Assembly: GCA_009914755.4 (NCBI GenBank)
Contig: CP086569.2
Span: forward strand, 14,336,001 to 14,400,000
DNA from: the human T2T-CHM13v2.0 reference genome, Homo sapiens
Reading direction: 5' to 3'
DNA: 64,000 nt
The number at the start of each line of letters is the position of its first letter. Within the stretch, counting starts at the first letter, position 1. Under the pieces are notes generated by a model. It saw nothing but the letters and a program-made list of their open reading frames with translations. It did no database searches and was not told the DNA's origin. Positions 25,345-38,987 of this stretch are shown piece by piece. The position numbers and the translations under genes were made by a program.

Positions 25345-25648
25345 GGCAGGGCATGGTGGTTAACGCCTACAATCCTAGCACTTACGGAGGCCAAGGTGGG
25401 CAGATCACCTGAGACCAGGAGTTCGAGACTGGCCTAGACAACATGGCAAAACCCTGTCTCTACTAAAAATACAAAATTAGCCAGGCATGGTGGTAGGTGC
25501 CTATAATCTCAGCTACTCAAGAGGCTGAGGCAGGACAATCACCCGAACCCAAGTGGCCGAGGTTGCAGTGAGTCAGATCACACCACTTCATTCCAGCCTG
25601 GGCGTCAAAAGCAACACTGTCTCAGGAAAAAAAAAAAAAAAAAAAAAA
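25345..25648 (+). mobile_element. Alu SINE with poly-A
   Basis: GGCAGGGCATGGTGGTTAACGCCTACAATCCTAGCACTTACGGAGGCCAAGGTGGGCAGATCACCTGAG… A25 tail. Confidence 0.85.
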
Positions 25649-27038
25649 GCCTTAAAAACAAATGAAATTCTAATACATATTATATGAATGACTAAATTAA
25701 ACACATGCCAGGTAAAAGAATCCAGACACAAAAGGAACAATAATGCATTATTCCACTTATAACTTACCAAGGGAAGATACGTTCATACAGATCAAGGTGT
25801 AATGCAGGCAAACAAGGGCTGAGTGTGGTGAATAGGAATTTATAGCTGAATGGCTACAGAGTTTTGTTGGTATGATTAAAGAAAAGTTTTCGAAGAGTGG
25901 TGATGGCTATGAGGTACTTACTGCTAAAGAAATTTAACACTTAAAAGTTATTTAAATGGCAAATTGTGTTATATATATTTTAACACAAAACTTTAAAAAA
26001 AATGAAAAATGATTTTTTCTGGAATAAGTAAAGATCTCTCCCTGGAAGAGATGGGAAAATTCAAAGATCAGAAAGACTATCCATAATCACAGACTATCAT
26101 GTGCTAAAGCATATGAACAATAAAATTTTAGAGTAAGGGTAAGAATAACAGATTTTCTAAATTATCACCAAAACACTTCCAACACGAAGGACATGAGATG
26201 CTGATTCACAAGGACACATAACAGATTAAAATAGGCCTATTCTAAAACATATCAATTTGAAACTCTGGAAAAATAGTTCTATATTCCCAGTTTTTAGAAA
26301 ATTAGTATTTTCCTAAGTCTTCAACATCCCCACAGCCTGTGACCATCTAACCCAAATGACCAGGTCCATCAATAGGATAAGGATAGTCCCTGCCAAGTTG
26401 ACCTTCTTGCCTTTCCCTGATTATGATCTAGAAAAATCCAAAGACATCAGTAAAATTCTCTCTAGACTTTTGCTTGAGTATTCTGTCCTGACCCCTAATA
26501 GAGGAGTTCCACTTTCTCTCAGCTCCTGATGTGCTGGGTGAGGCCATTCTCTGGGAGTTCCACCTAGATGACCCCTTGTGTGGGGTGTCAGGCCTCCTTC
26601 TTCTAGAACCTGTGAGTATAACAAATCCTTTAATCTCATTTGCCTCATCAAGTATAATCTCCACAGCCATATTGGAATGAGCCTTAGTGACCCCAAAAAG
26701 ACCACTTACTCCTCTATTTACAACATAAGGACAAAGACTTCCAGGGGTAGGGCACTAAGCAACAGGTCACATGAAAAAAATTGTTATTAAGGAGCTTCAG
26801 ACTCCATACCAGCAATTCTAGGACCAAGAAAATGGAAAACTACTTCCAAAATTATATTTTTAAAAAACTATTTCCATCCTAGATTTAAATATTTATACTA
26901 TTAATTTACAGTTGCAAGGGTAAAAGAAAGATATTTCACACAAACATATATGTGAAGTCTCAAAACAACATTATATCTCATGAATCTTTCCTTAAGAAGC
27001 TACTAAAGAATGTGCTCATCTAGAAAATACTATACACT

Positions 27039-27325
27039 GGCTGGGCATGGAGGCTCACACCTATAATCCCAGCACTCTGAGAACAAGGCAGGTATGGATT
27101 ACTCAAGTTCAAGAGTTCAAAGCCAGCCTCAGGTAATGAAACTGTTTCTTGAAAAAAAACACAAAAATTAGCCAGCCATGGTGACTTGCACCTGTAGTTC
27201 CAGCTACCTGGGCAGCTGAAGTGGAAAAATGGCTTCAGCCACAAAGATGGAGGTTGCAGTGAGTCAACACTGAGCCAGTGCACCCCCACCTGGACGACAG
27301 AGCAAGAATCTGTCTCTAAAAATAA
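27039..27325 (+). mobile_element. Alu SINE (AluJ-like, diverged)
   Basis: GGCTGGGCATGGAGGCTCACACCTATAATCCCAGCACTCTGAGAACAAGGCAGG…. Confidence 0.85.
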
Positions 27326-28799
27326 TGAAAAACAATTATATACCAACAAAAAAGATACGTGATAAAGAAAACAGCAGTACCAGAACAAAGAAAAAAGGTT
27401 CAAAAATGGCATCTATGTCCCAGATAGAATTTAGGAATACCATGACTCAGGACATATGCATACTGATGTCTACCAACATCTGCTGTTCCTGTATTTCTTT
27501 ATCTGAAAAATGTCCAGTTAAACTTGGTTTTGATTATTATATGTGCAAACCTATTTTTTTAAACCACCTCTACTATCCTTTTCACACACTATAAACTAGA
27601 TGACTAGAAGGCCATCTCACTCCCCTTAGAAGTGTTCTAACATGACCATCATTTGAATTGTCCACTCTCTCCCTCATCTTATTTCCTCACAAATTTCTAG
27701 TACCTGGAACATATAAGAGCCTAGTCAGAAACACTAATTGTAAGAAGTATGTTGTCCTAAAGTCTGTTTCTAAAAATCAGTTTTATTTATGCTGGGGTAT
27801 TCAGTTTTTCAAAACTAAACAATATCCAATTATTTATAAGTTGTTGAAGAAAACAACAAAATTTCAAGGAATCTATAAAATCTACTCCTAGAACTAGCAT
27901 GAATTTAGTAAGCTCTTATGATACAAAGTCAATTTTAAAACTCAACTATTATTTCTTATATAGTACTAACAATAAACAACTATATATAAAAATTTAGCAC
28001 CAAAATTTTAAATATTTAGATCTTAGTATAAGAATATATTTAATAAGACATGCAGGATCTGTATGTTGAAACTGTCAAAACAAGAAATTAAAGCACAAAA
28101 CAATTGAAAAGTTATTTCATTTACATGAATTAAAAGAATTACTATAGATAAGATGAACATCCTTCCTAAAATAATTAATAAACTCAACAAAATCCAAATG
28201 AACCCCCAAGAACTGGCTTGTCTATACCTGTAAAAAAGTACTCCCTTGAGTGCAGGCTATTGATAGTGACTTTCTTCCAGACAATATGATATGCAAAGAA
28301 GCAAAAACAGTAACTTCACAGTGGAGAAACCTAACAAACATGCCTCAGCCAGTGAATAACATTAACATTGCTAAGTCATGTTGACAGTATATGTCTCTGA
28401 TATGATGTGATAAAAATGCACTTTATTTTTGTAATTTTCCCCCTAAAAAAATGATAATCCTAATTTAATCATGAGAAATACAACACATGATCCCTGTTCA
28501 GGGACATGCTACAAAATACCTGACCAATACTCCTGAGTACTATTAACATCATCAAAAATAAGGAAAGCCTGAGAAAGTGGCAACAGACAAGATCATAAGG
28601 AGACATGACAACTAAATGAAATGAGCTATCCTAGTCGGAACTCTGAAAGAGAAAAAGGACAATAGGGAAAAACTCTTAAGAAGAATTTGAATAGAGACTT
28701 TAGTTAATGTATCAATACTGCTTCATAATACTGTGACAGATCTATCATCCTAGTGGAAGAGGCTAAGAGGGAAACGGAGTATACATAGAAACTCTCTAA

Positions 28800-29877
28800 T
28801 AACTTGTAAAATGTAGTATACACTTGACCATGTCTATAAAAAGTAAAAACATTATTGGACATTTAGGTTGGTTCCAGGTCTTTGCTATTGTGAATAGTGC
28901 CGATATAAACATATGTGTGCATGTGTCTTTATAGCAGCATGATTTATAATCCTTTGGGTATATACCCAGTAATGGGATGGCTGGGTCAAATGGTATTTCT
29001 AGTTCTAGATCCCTGAGGAATCGCCACACTGACTTCCACAATGGTTGAACTAGTTTACAGTCCCACCAACAGTGTAAAAGTGTTCCTATTTCTCCCCATC
29101 CTCTCCAGCACCTGTTGTTTCCTGACTTTTTAATGATCGCCATTCTAACTGGTGTGAGATGGTATCTCATTGTGGTTTTGATTTGCATTTCTCTGATGGC
29201 CAGTGATGATGAGCATTTTTTCATGCATTTTTTGGCTGCATAAATGTCTTCTTTTGAGAAGTGTCTGTTCACGTCCTTTGCCCACTTTTTGATGGGGTTG
29301 TTTGTTTTTTTCTTGTAAATTTGTTTGAGTTCATTGTAGATTCTGGATATTAGCCCTTTGTCAGATGAGTAGTTTGCAAAAATTTTCTCCCATTCTGTAG
29401 GTGGCCTGTTCATTCTGATGGTAGTTTCTTTTGCTGTGCAGAAGCTCTTTAGTTCAAATGTCCAACAAGGATAGACTGGATTAAGAAAATGTGGCACATA
29501 CGCACCATGGAATACTATGCAGCCATAAAAAATGATGAGTTCATGTCCTTTGTAGGGACATGGATGAAGCTGGAAACCATCATTCTCAGCAAACTATCGC
29601 AAGGACAAAAAACCAAACATCGCATATTCTCACTCATAGGTGGGAATTGAACCATGAGAACACATGGACACAGGAAGGGGAACATCACACTCTGGGGACT
29701 GTTGTGGGGTGGGGGTAGGGATAGCATTAGGAGATATACCTAATGCTAAATGACGAGTTAAGTGATGCAGCACATCAACATGGCACACGTATACATATGT
29801 AACAAACCTGCATGTTGTGCACATGTACCCTAAAACTTAAAGTATAATAATAATAAAATTTAAAAAAAAGTAAAAAC
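28800..29877. mobile_element. 5'-truncated L1PA-type copy with twin-priming inversion: antisense ORF2 C-terminal segment (28800-29465) joined to sense 3' end with A-tail (29465-29877)
   Basis: 28830-29465 is the reverse complement of …GCACTATTCACAATAGCAAAGACTTGGAACCAACC…; 29465-29877 is sense …CCAACAAGGATAGACTGGATTAAGAAAATGTGGCACATACGCACCATGGAATACTATGCAGCCATAAAAAATGATGAG…CCTAAAACTTAAAGTATAATAATAATAAAATTTAAAAAAAAG. The 233-aa ORF 28796-29497 (-) is an ORF2 C-terminal fragment (…[22 protein letters not shown]…). Confidence 0.75.
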
Positions 29878-31106
29878 GTTACAATCATTCTGTCAACCAT
29901 TGTCCTAGATAAAGGCATTAGGAGAGTACTAGGTCAGCCTCCATTTGCAACCTATAAAGTTTAAAATTCATATTCAGAATTTATGAGGAATTTATTTACC
30001 TCTTATACATGTACACCTAATGTACTTAAGCTTACCTGTTATATTTTCAGCCATTTAAGCAAGTTCTCAAGAATCAGTCTATTACATCAGTCCCTGGGAT
30101 CTTATCATTTAAAAAATCTTAACATTTTATGTCTTCTAAATAGGTTATTAAAATTAATAACTATTACCAATCTCCTTCATTATAGTTTCTCTGTCGAATT
30201 TACCTTATCCAAAGCATTGTCCTTATTTTTAATAGGTAAGTCAAGTACTGACCTATGGATAAAATTCCTAATCCTACTATAACCAGACTTTTCTGAAGTC
30301 TTAAACACAGGATGGGGCAAGAGTGTGAGGATCATTTATTTTGATTTCTTTATACTACACCATGTCTGTTTCATAATAATTGCAGTAATCGTCTGACTGA
30401 TTTTTCTCTTGGTAAACCAAAATTCACGCACTCTTTATTATGTGCTTCTTGGGTCCTCAGTGGCTGAAGTTGTCCTTGTTCATCCCACTATGAAACCTTT
30501 TAATATTATTATAGGCAAGATCATTGTTTTCCTTTACCACTTACAAAAATGGTTTAACAACCATTTCAACATCAACCCCTTGATGAATGCCCAAAACTTA
30601 AGTTTTATCAATCCCTGAACCCAATTTTAGTCTTAAACAGCCTTCTAATTATTTTTAATATTTGTTTTGTATTTAAATCTATTCATTTTAGTCTGTTATC
30701 AGCTTAAATCCCTAATTTCTTGTATTTAAATCTATTCATTTTAGTCTGTTATAAGCTTAAATCCCTAATTTCCTTAAAAGTATTCCTAAGTACCTGAAAT
30801 TCACTGTTTCATTAAAGCCAGAGAACATAAAACTCATTTGTTAATCACAGATTAAATACACAAACATACTTCTTAAAAGTATTAAAATGACTGCCAAGAA
30901 CCAACAATATATTTATATAAAGAAAAAAATTCAAGAGCAAATAATGAAAGTTAACTATTAAAAAAACACTTCAGAGTTCTATAACCCCTACCATATTTTT
31001 ATCTTTAACATAATAGAAATACAAGGAGAAAAAGAAGTGGAAAAGGTGCCATGTCATTTTTTCTTTAACCTCATGACCTTGCTTCACTTCTTTTAAATAA
31101 AAAAAT

Positions 31107-31405
31107 GGGGTCGGGCACATTGGCTCACACCTGTAATCCCAACACTTCGGGAGGTCAGGATGGCAGACTGCTTGATCTCGGAAGTTCAAGACCAGTGTGG
31201 GCAATATGGCAAAACCCCATCTCCACAAAGAATACAAAAAATATCCTGGCATGGTGGCGCACGCCTGTAGCCCCAGCTACTCAGATGGCTGATGTGGGAG
31301 GACTGCTTGAGCTGGGGAAGCGGAGATAGCAGTTAGCCATTATTGTGCCACCACACTCCAGACTGGACGACAGAGCCAAACCTTGTCTCAAGAAGAAAAA
31401 AAAAT
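31107..31405 (+). mobile_element. Alu SINE (AluJ-like)
   Basis: GGGGTCGGGCACATTGGCTCACACCTGTAATCCCAACACTTCGGGAGGTCAGGATGG…. Confidence 0.85.
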
Positions 31406-31834
31406 GAGGGTGAGGGGTGTAAAGAGATGTTGGTCAAAGGAAACAAAATTTTAGTAAGATAGCATAAGTTCAAGGGATCTACTATAAAACATAGTAACTA
31501 TATTCATATTATATATCTTGAAAATTGCAGAGAGTAAATTTTAAATGTTCTTAACACCAAAATAAATAGAAATTTGTGAAGTAATGCAAATGTTAGTTTC
31601 TACAATGTACACATATTTCAAAACGAGATGTTGTACACGAGAAAGATACATAATTTTTATGTCATTTTACAAATAATTTTTTAAAGGGGAAATACAAACT
31701 TTACAAAAGGTCCTGACTACTGTATACATACTAGAACAAAAAAATTTATGACAACTTCTCCCATTTTTATGAGTTTTAAGGATTTGTAAGAATTTTCTTA
31801 GAAATGAAAACAGAAGCAATTGTCAAAGAACAAA

Positions 31835-31995
31835 AAAGAAGGAAGGAAAGGAAGAAAGAGAAGGAAGGAGAGAAAGGAAAGAGAAGGAAAAGAAGGGAAA
31901 TGAGGGAAGGAGGGTGGAAAGGAGGGAGGGAGCGAAAGAAGGAGGGGAAAGGACAGGGTGGGGGGCGCGGGAAGGAGAGTGGAAGAGAAATTAGT
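31835..31995. repeat. Polypurine (GA-rich; GGAA/GAAGGA-type) low-complexity tract, ~160 bp
   Basis: aaggaaggaaaggaagaaagagaaggaaggagagaaaggaaagagaaggaaaag…ggagggagggagcgaaagaaggagggg. Confidence 0.9.
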
Positions 31996-32321
31996 AATAT
32001 AAACTACAATCCAATGGTACAAATAATACTAAGCAGTGATAGGAATTCAAGAACATAGTTACTCTCATACATACTGATATGCAAATATAAATCAATAAAG
32101 CCTTTCAAGAGGACAATCTAGCATTAAGCATTCAAAAGTTCATTTAAAAACAAGAGTATTTGTGTGTGTGTATTCCTCGCTTCCATGATGCCGGTAATGG
32201 ATATATAACAGCAATTATTGGCACATAAAAATTTTCACTAGGCTTGTCAACAGTGATTATTTTAAAAGCATAAAAAGAAACAAAGAGACTAAAATGCTCA
32301 GTAAGAAAATGTTTTCTAGTT

Positions 32322-32623
32322 TTAAGAAGAGTCTCACTCTGTTGCCCAAGCTGGAGTGCAATGGCACCATCTCAGCTCACCTCCGCCTCCTGGGTTCAAG
32401 AGATTCTCCTGTCTCAATGGGTTCAAGAGATTCTCGTCTCAGTCCCAGAGAAGCTGGGATTACAGGTGTGCGCCACCGCACCCTGCTAGTTTTTGTTATT
32501 TTTAGTAGAGACGAGGTTTACCATATTGGCCAGGCTGGTCTCAAACTCCCGACCTCAGGTGATCTGCCTAACTTGGCCTCCCGAAGTCCTGGAATTACAG
32601 GCATGAGCCACCATGCCCAGCCG
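32322..32623 (-). mobile_element. Alu SINE (antisense) with small internal duplication
   Basis: …GAGTCTCACTCTGTTGCCCAAGCTGGAGTGCAATGGCACCATCTCAGCTCAC… to …CCACCATGCCCAGCC; GGGTTCAAGAGATTCTC duplicated. Confidence 0.85.
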
Positions 32624-32999
32624 AGAAAATGTTTAACTTAAGTAATGGAATAAGGGGTTACAAATGTTTTAAAATTGTATATGCAGGCTATAAATTTCAG
32701 GTATTTTGGCACGATATTATTAGTATACTCTATTGACTTTAAGTTACAAACTGGTATGCAGAGTAAAAAACACATTTTAAATTCTGAAATGTTTATATTG
32801 ACACAATAGTCTATTAGGAGTTTTATCAAAAGTTTTAACAGTTGTCTCTTGGTGGCAAATGTATTACTGAAGCCTTCGTAGAATTTTTCTTAAATACTGT
32901 GAGTCACCAAGCTCAATGCAGTAAATACAGATGTAAACAAAACACAAAGCAATAATTTATCTTTTTAGTTATCTGAACACTGGTTTTTTTGATGTTTCT

Positions 33000-33540
33000 T
33001 TTATTGAGATGAAATCCACATAACATACAATTAGCAATTTTAGAGTGTACAATTCAGTGGCATTTAGTATATTCTCAATGTTGTGCAGCCACCACCACTC
33101 TCTATTTTCAAGTTTTTTTGTTACTCCAGAAGTACACACTATAATTCTCTGGCAATCATTAATCTACTCTGTCTCTAAGGATTTACCTATTCTGAATATT
33201 TTATATAAAATAAGTCAAAAAACACGGGATTCTGTGTCTGGCTCCTTTCACTTAGCATAATGTCTTTAAGGGACATGCAGGTTGTAGCAGGTATCAGTAC
33301 TCCATTCCTTTTTATGGCTGAGTAATATTCCGTTGTCTGTATATACTACAGCTTGTTTACATAGTCATGGACATTTGAGTTGTTTCCACCTTTTGGCTAC
33401 TTGAATCAAGTTGCTATGGGCATTCATGAACAAGTGTTTGTTTGAGTGGTTTGTTTTGTTTCAATTATTTAGGGGTGTATACCTCAGAGTAGCATTTCTG
33501 GTTCATTGGTAATTCTGTGAAGTTTTTGAGGATATATACA
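33000..33540 (-). mobile_element. Ancient L1 (L1M-type) 3' region, antisense
   Basis: …TTCACTTAGCATAATGTCTTTAAGG…TATGGCTGAGTAATATTCCGTTGT…GGACATTTGAGTTGTTTCCACCTTTTGGCTACTTGAATCAAGTTGCTATGGGCATTCATG… matches the mammalian-wide L1 antisense consensus. Confidence 0.6.
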
Positions 33541-33564
33541 TATATATATATATATGTACATATT

Positions 33565-34222
33565 TTTATTATACTTTAAGTTCTGGGGTACATGTGCACA
33601 ATGTGCAGGTTTGTTACATATGTATACATGTGCTATGTTGGTGTGCTGCACCCATTAACTCGTCATTTACATTAGGTATATCTCCTAATGCTATTCCTCC
33701 CCCCTCCCCCCAACCCCACAACAGGCCCTGGTGTGTAATGTTCCCTTTCCTGTGTCCAAGTGTTCTCATTGTTTAATTCCCACCTATGAGTGAGAACGCC
33801 CAGTGTTTGTTTTTTTGTCCCTCCAATAGTTTGCTGAAATGATAGTTTCCAGCTTCATCCATGTCCCTACAAAGGACATGAACTCATCCTTTTTTATGGC
33901 TGCATAGTATTCCACGGTGTATATGTGCCACATTTTCTTAATCCAGTCTATCATTGATGGGCATTTGGGTTGGTTCCAAGTCTTTGCTATTGTGAATAGT
34001 GCCTCAATAATCTTACATATGCATGTGTCTTTACAACAGCATGATTTATAATCCTTTGGGCATATACTCAGTAATGGGATGGCTGGGTCAAATCCTATTT
34101 CTAGTTCCAGATCCTTGAGGAATCATCACACTGTCTTCCACAATGGTTGAACTAGTTTACAGTTCCACCAACAGTGTATAAGTTTTCCTATTTCTCCATA
34201 TCCTCTCCAGCACCTGTTGACA
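33565..34222 (-). mobile_element. L1PA-type 3' end fragment (antisense), preceded by a short (TA)n
   Basis: …TTAAGTTCTGGGGTACATGTGCACAATGTGCAGGTTTGTTACATATGTATACATGTGC…GGCTGCATAGTATTCCACGGTGTATATGTGCCACATTTTCTTAATCCAGTCTATCATTGATGGGCATTTGGGTTGGTTCCAAGTCTTTGCTATTGTGAATAGTGC…. Confidence 0.8.
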
Positions 34223-35178
34223 TTACTAAAATAACATTCTCATCAAGGTCATCAGGGTCTCAGAACTGGCTACATACAACCTCCAAGAAAGTTTCGTTCT
34301 TTCTGTTTTTGCAATGTGTTCTGCCACAAATTCATCAGTTCTCAAAGCTAACAGAACTTTTACTAGTTGCCCAATGCATCAATTCCATAGTTCTGAGAGC
34401 ATGGGCATGAATGTCTGAAAACCTGAGGTATGATCACTAATATGCTATTCTCTGAACTTCTCAATTGCATTTTCCTCCTTGAATAAATCAGACTAAATTA
34501 GTGACACCACAAATTGTGATCATTGAGAAATCTCTAAAGGTTTTTCAGAAGCCGAGTAGGAAGCTATCTATGACTTTTTAAAACTCTGACTGAATTCTAA
34601 ATATATTTAATTGGACATTACATGAAGACGTTGTGTATTTAACTTCTGAATGCAGGGAAGATAAATACAAAATCACCTGATGGATATGCAAAAATTTATC
34701 AGCTTTACAAAGACATATAATACCATTCTATGAGCACAAGTTTATTGCAATATTTTGTCCTTTACTGTCAACAAAAGAACACAGCCACATGATATAGGAA
34801 AAATCTATATTCTTTACAAATTTTCCATGAATCTCTAGCTAAAAGATCATATGACATATATGCAACGATTTATCAGCTTTCAGAGCTTTAATTGATATTC
34901 ATTACTTGTGGGTTCTGTTATTTGACTCACGAAAATTTATATATACACAAAATCAATACTTAATGATGGTTTCAAAGATATTCACAGACCTGCTCAGGGC
35001 AGCAATAAATTCGACCCACTGGATACACACTCCCAGCTAATGTTAGAAGCGGTGGGCCTTTCTCTGACTTCATGTGTCAAGTATTCTAAACAAACAGGCT
35101 TTTCCTGCTGTATGCAGTGTCACATTTTTCTGATTTTTGCTCTTTTGTTAGTAATTTCGCTGTTTAAAATCACTATCC

Positions 35179-35488
35179 AGCTGGGTGCAGTGGCTCACAC
35201 CTGTAATCCCAGCACTCTGAGAGGCCAAAGCAGGCGTATCACTTGAGGTCAGAAGTTTAAGACCAGCTTGGCCAACATGGTGAGACCCCATCTCTATTAA
35301 AAATATAAAAATTAGCTGGGTGTGGTGGCACATACCTGTAATCCCAGCTCCTAGGGAGGCTGAGGCACAAGAATCCCTTGAACCCAAGAATCGCTTGAAC
35401 CCAGGAGACATAGGTTGCAGTAAGCCAAGATCGCACCACTGCACACCAGCCTCGTTGACAGAGTGAGATTGTGTTTCAAAAAATAAAG
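35179..35488 (+). mobile_element. Alu SINE
   Basis: GGCTGGGTGCAGTGGCTCACACCTGTAATCCCAGCACTCTGAGAGGCCAAAGCAGG…. Confidence 0.85.
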
Positions 35489-35855
35489 CTGAGTGCAGTG
35501 GCTCACACCTGTAATCCCAGCACTTGGGAGGCCAAGGCGGGTGGATCATGAGGTCAGGAGATCAAGACCATCCTGGCTAACACGGTGAAACCCCATCTCT
35601 ACTAAAAATACAAAAAAATTGCCAGGCGTGGTGGCGGGCACCTGCAGTCCCAGCTACTTGGGAGGCTGAGGCAGGAGGCTGAGGCTGAGACAGATGAACC
35701 CGGGAGGTGGAGGTGGCAGTGAGCCGAGATCACGTCACAGCACTCCAGCCTGGGTGACAGTGAGACCCTGTCTCAAAAAAGTAAATAAATACATAAAATA
35801 AATACATAAAAAATAATAAAATACAATATAAAATAACAAAATAAAATGAAACATT
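35489..35855 (+). mobile_element. Alu SINE (tandem to the previous) with long A-rich/(AAATA)n-like tail
   Basis: GCTGAGTGCAGTGGCTCACACCTGTAATCCCAGCACTTGGGAGGCCAAGGCGGGTGGATCATGAGGTCAGGAGATCAAGACCATCC… (AluY/Sc-like core). Confidence 0.85.
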
Positions 35856-36879
35856 AAGAAGTATACAAAATCACTAACCGATGTATAGTGCTGAAGAGCT
35901 GTCTGATGTCCCTAAGTACAAAAAGAACGTCATGTGCCAATGTGCCTAAATACAAAAAGAATGTGATGTGCCTCACAGAAAAATATATTTCATTCAGGCA
36001 TGAGTTATAATGCTTCTGGCTTTGAGTTCAATGATAATGAATCAACAATTTAGATTTTAGTAGGGATTTTTAAACAGAAATACACATAAAATATAGTTAT
36101 GTATTGATCAGCTAACAACAATGTTGTGATCAAAGGCTAATAGGAACTTTATCCTGTATTTCCCTTTAGGAACAATAGTTCAGTATTTGCTAATTCAGTT
36201 TTCACAATGATTTATAACATTAATCTAAATGACAAGAATCTATATCCATTGTTAAGCAAATTCATTGTTTTATACAGACACACACACACACATATACTGA
36301 GTCTGAGTCTAGTAAGACAGAGAGCCTATCTCAGGCTGCTAATCTGGATAACAGAAGCCTAGTATTCATTGCAAGCTTTGGCCTAAGGCTCATGAAAGCT
36401 GCCCAAAGCATATGGAGTCTCATCTGCCCATGTCCACTTGCACCATAGCTGAGGAACCCTGAAAAGCAGCCCTAAGTTTAACACCCTGGCATTATAAGCC
36501 TTAATGAGCTAAACAGTTGAAAGAACACACCACCAGCTCTTTAGTGCACCCTGTTTCTGGTGTGGAAGGCAGTTGGGAAAAAAGGAGGCTGTTTGCTGAG
36601 TCCCTCATCATCTTAGGATGTTGTATTCCCAGTACATTCTACAGTCATTCTTGTGAACTACAAGTGAGAAAGAATGAAAACTGGGTTGGTCCAAGGCCAT
36701 GCTGACTACCATACTCCATGAAACATACACTATGGTCACTAGTTTATATAAATATTCTACTTTATACTGAAAACAAACAGTATTTCCACATTACAGATTA
36801 AGAAACTGTATATTTAAGAAATTCCCTTCTCTAGGCAACAGAAAAAAGCTATAATCAAGAATCAGGAAGGGAGAGCACT

Positions 36880-37030
36880 GGGAAGAATAGCTAATGGATG
36901 CTGGGCTTAATACCAAGGTGATGGGTGGATCTGTGCAGCAAACAACCATGGTACATGTCTACTTATATAACAAACCTGCACATCCTGCACATGTACCCCA
37001 GAACTTAAAATAAAAGTTGAAGGAAAAAAA
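36880..37030 (+). mobile_element. L1 extreme 3' end fragment (sense)
   Basis: …GCTAATGGATGCTGGGCTTAATACCAAGGTGATGGGTGGATCTGTGCAGCAAACAACCATGGTACATGTCTACTTATATAACAAACCTGCACATCCTGCACATGTACCCCAGAACTTAAAATAAAAG. Confidence 0.7.
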
Positions 37031-37608
37031 CACCGAATTCCTTTTTTAAAAAAACAGATTTTTATATTTTCAAACTATACCAACACTTCAAATTAAAGAA
37101 ACACCATCTTCAATTTAAACAGCAACACAAATAGGCTCATCCATAAATGAAATAAAACTATTATTTTTGGAGAAGCATAACTCAAAGACCTATTAGTGGG
37201 AAGCACCCATTTTATGTTCTTATACTCTATGTACCAGGACAGAGTATTATAATTTCACCCAAGAAAGTGAAAGGCAAACAAAAGAAGAAAAAGAAACATA
37301 AAGTTTGACATACATTATTAGTCATTCTTGGAGTAATAGTAAATGTACAGGAACCAAAAACACAGAGCCAAAATTTTTAACAAAAGTGGCTGTCAGTACA
37401 ACAGGTAACAAATTACTTACCTGAAAGAAGAATAGAAGAGAGAAAGTTATGAATGGCTGGAATCTCAGTTAGCTTGTAATTGGAAAACTTTCAACTCAAC
37501 ACCAAATATAAAATATAAATGAATGTCTCTGTATTCATTTTATTTTCTTCTCTACTATTACAAGTGATCAAGTTAACCTCTACGTCTAAAAAGACTAATT
37601 CTTTTTAT

Positions 37609-37889
37609 CTTTGAGACAGAGTGTTGCCCTGTTGCACACACTGGAGTGCAGCGGCACAATCTCAGCTCACTGCCACCTCTGCCTCCAGGGTTCAGGCAAT
37701 TCTCCTGCCCCAGCCTATAGAGTAGTTGGGATTACAGGCGCATGCCACCATGCCCAGCTAATTTTTTGTATCTTTAGTAGAGACAGGGTTTCACCATTTT
37801 GGGAGGCTGGTCTTGAACTCCTGACCTCATGATCCACCTGCTTTGGCCTCCCAAAGTGCTGGGATTATAGGCGTGAGCCACTGCGCCTC
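37609..37889 (-). mobile_element. Alu SINE (antisense) flanked by 16-bp TSD AAAGACTAATTCTTTT
   Basis: TSD copies at ~37584-37599 and ~37893-37908; reverse-complement Alu between. Confidence 0.9.
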
Positions 37890-38175
37890 ACCAAAAGACT
37901 AATTCTTTTCATGCCAATATTGACCTGAGAGAACATTTAATCAAGAACTTAAATGTCAGCGTTATTCTTCTCTGACCTTAATGTATTTTGCCCAATGTCT
38001 GACCCACCATGTGCCCAAAGCACAACAAAACACAACAAAATAACCTTCAAAACAATTTCCTTGGAGTCTTTATTCACTCCACAGACAAAAATTATACAAG
38101 GTCTCTTCTCTTCTTTTTAAATAGAAAATGTGACTAAATTCTCAATCTTAAAGCTTTAAGAAATTTAAAAATACA

Positions 38176-38482
38176 CGCCAGGAGCAATGGCTCATGCCTG
38201 TAATCCCAAAACTTTGGGAGGTCAAGGCAGGCAGATCACCTGAGGTCAGGAGTTCAAGACCAGCCTGGTCAACATGTTAAAACCCCATCTCTACTAAAAA
38301 TACAAAAATTAGCTGGGAGTGGTGGCAGGCGCCTGTAATCCCAGCTACTCAGGGGAGACTGAGGCATGAGAATCACTTGAACAGGTAGGCAGAGGTTGCA
38401 ATGAGTCAAGTTAGAGTTTGTGCCACTGCATTCCTGGAGACACACCAAGACTCTGTCTCAAAAAAGAAAAAAAAAAAAAAGA
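38176..38482 (+). mobile_element. Alu SINE with poly-A
   Basis: CGCCAGGAGCAATGGCTCATGCCTGTAATCCCAAAACTTTGGGAGGTCAAGGCAGG…. Confidence 0.85.
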
Positions 38483-38672
38483 AATTAAAAATACATATTA
38501 AGTGACTGCTACATAGCAAAGTCAGACAGTCCCTATTTAAATCTACTTCTCAATTCAGGGTCTTTGTTTATTAGCTCTCAAGTTTGCATATTAAACACAC
38601 AAAAAAAATCTTAAATGTGTACTAGAAAAACCTATGTATTTTTCTTCTCCAATTGTTTCCTTTGAAATATTA

Positions 38673-38987
<315 letters not shown>

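Larger units (their letters stand above)
23060..25990 (+). mobile_element. Ancient L1 (L1M-type) ORF2 C-terminal region and 3' UTR, sense, interrupted by two Alus
   Basis: …ACAAAGCTATTATAATCAAAACAGTACAGCTAACATAAGGATAGAAATAGAGACCAATGG… and …AAATCATATGTTTAATCAAACTTTATTTTCGAGAATATACAAAAAACTCC…GTTAGTCATTAGGGAAATAATGCAAATCAAAACCTCTATGAGACTATCACTTCACAC… match L1 ORF2 C-terminal motifs. Confidence 0.55.

Noticed and set aside
28796-29497. 233-aa ORF
   Set aside because: It is the C-terminal third of L1 ORF2 (…[45 protein letters not shown]…) inside a truncated, inverted L1 copy, not a host gene.
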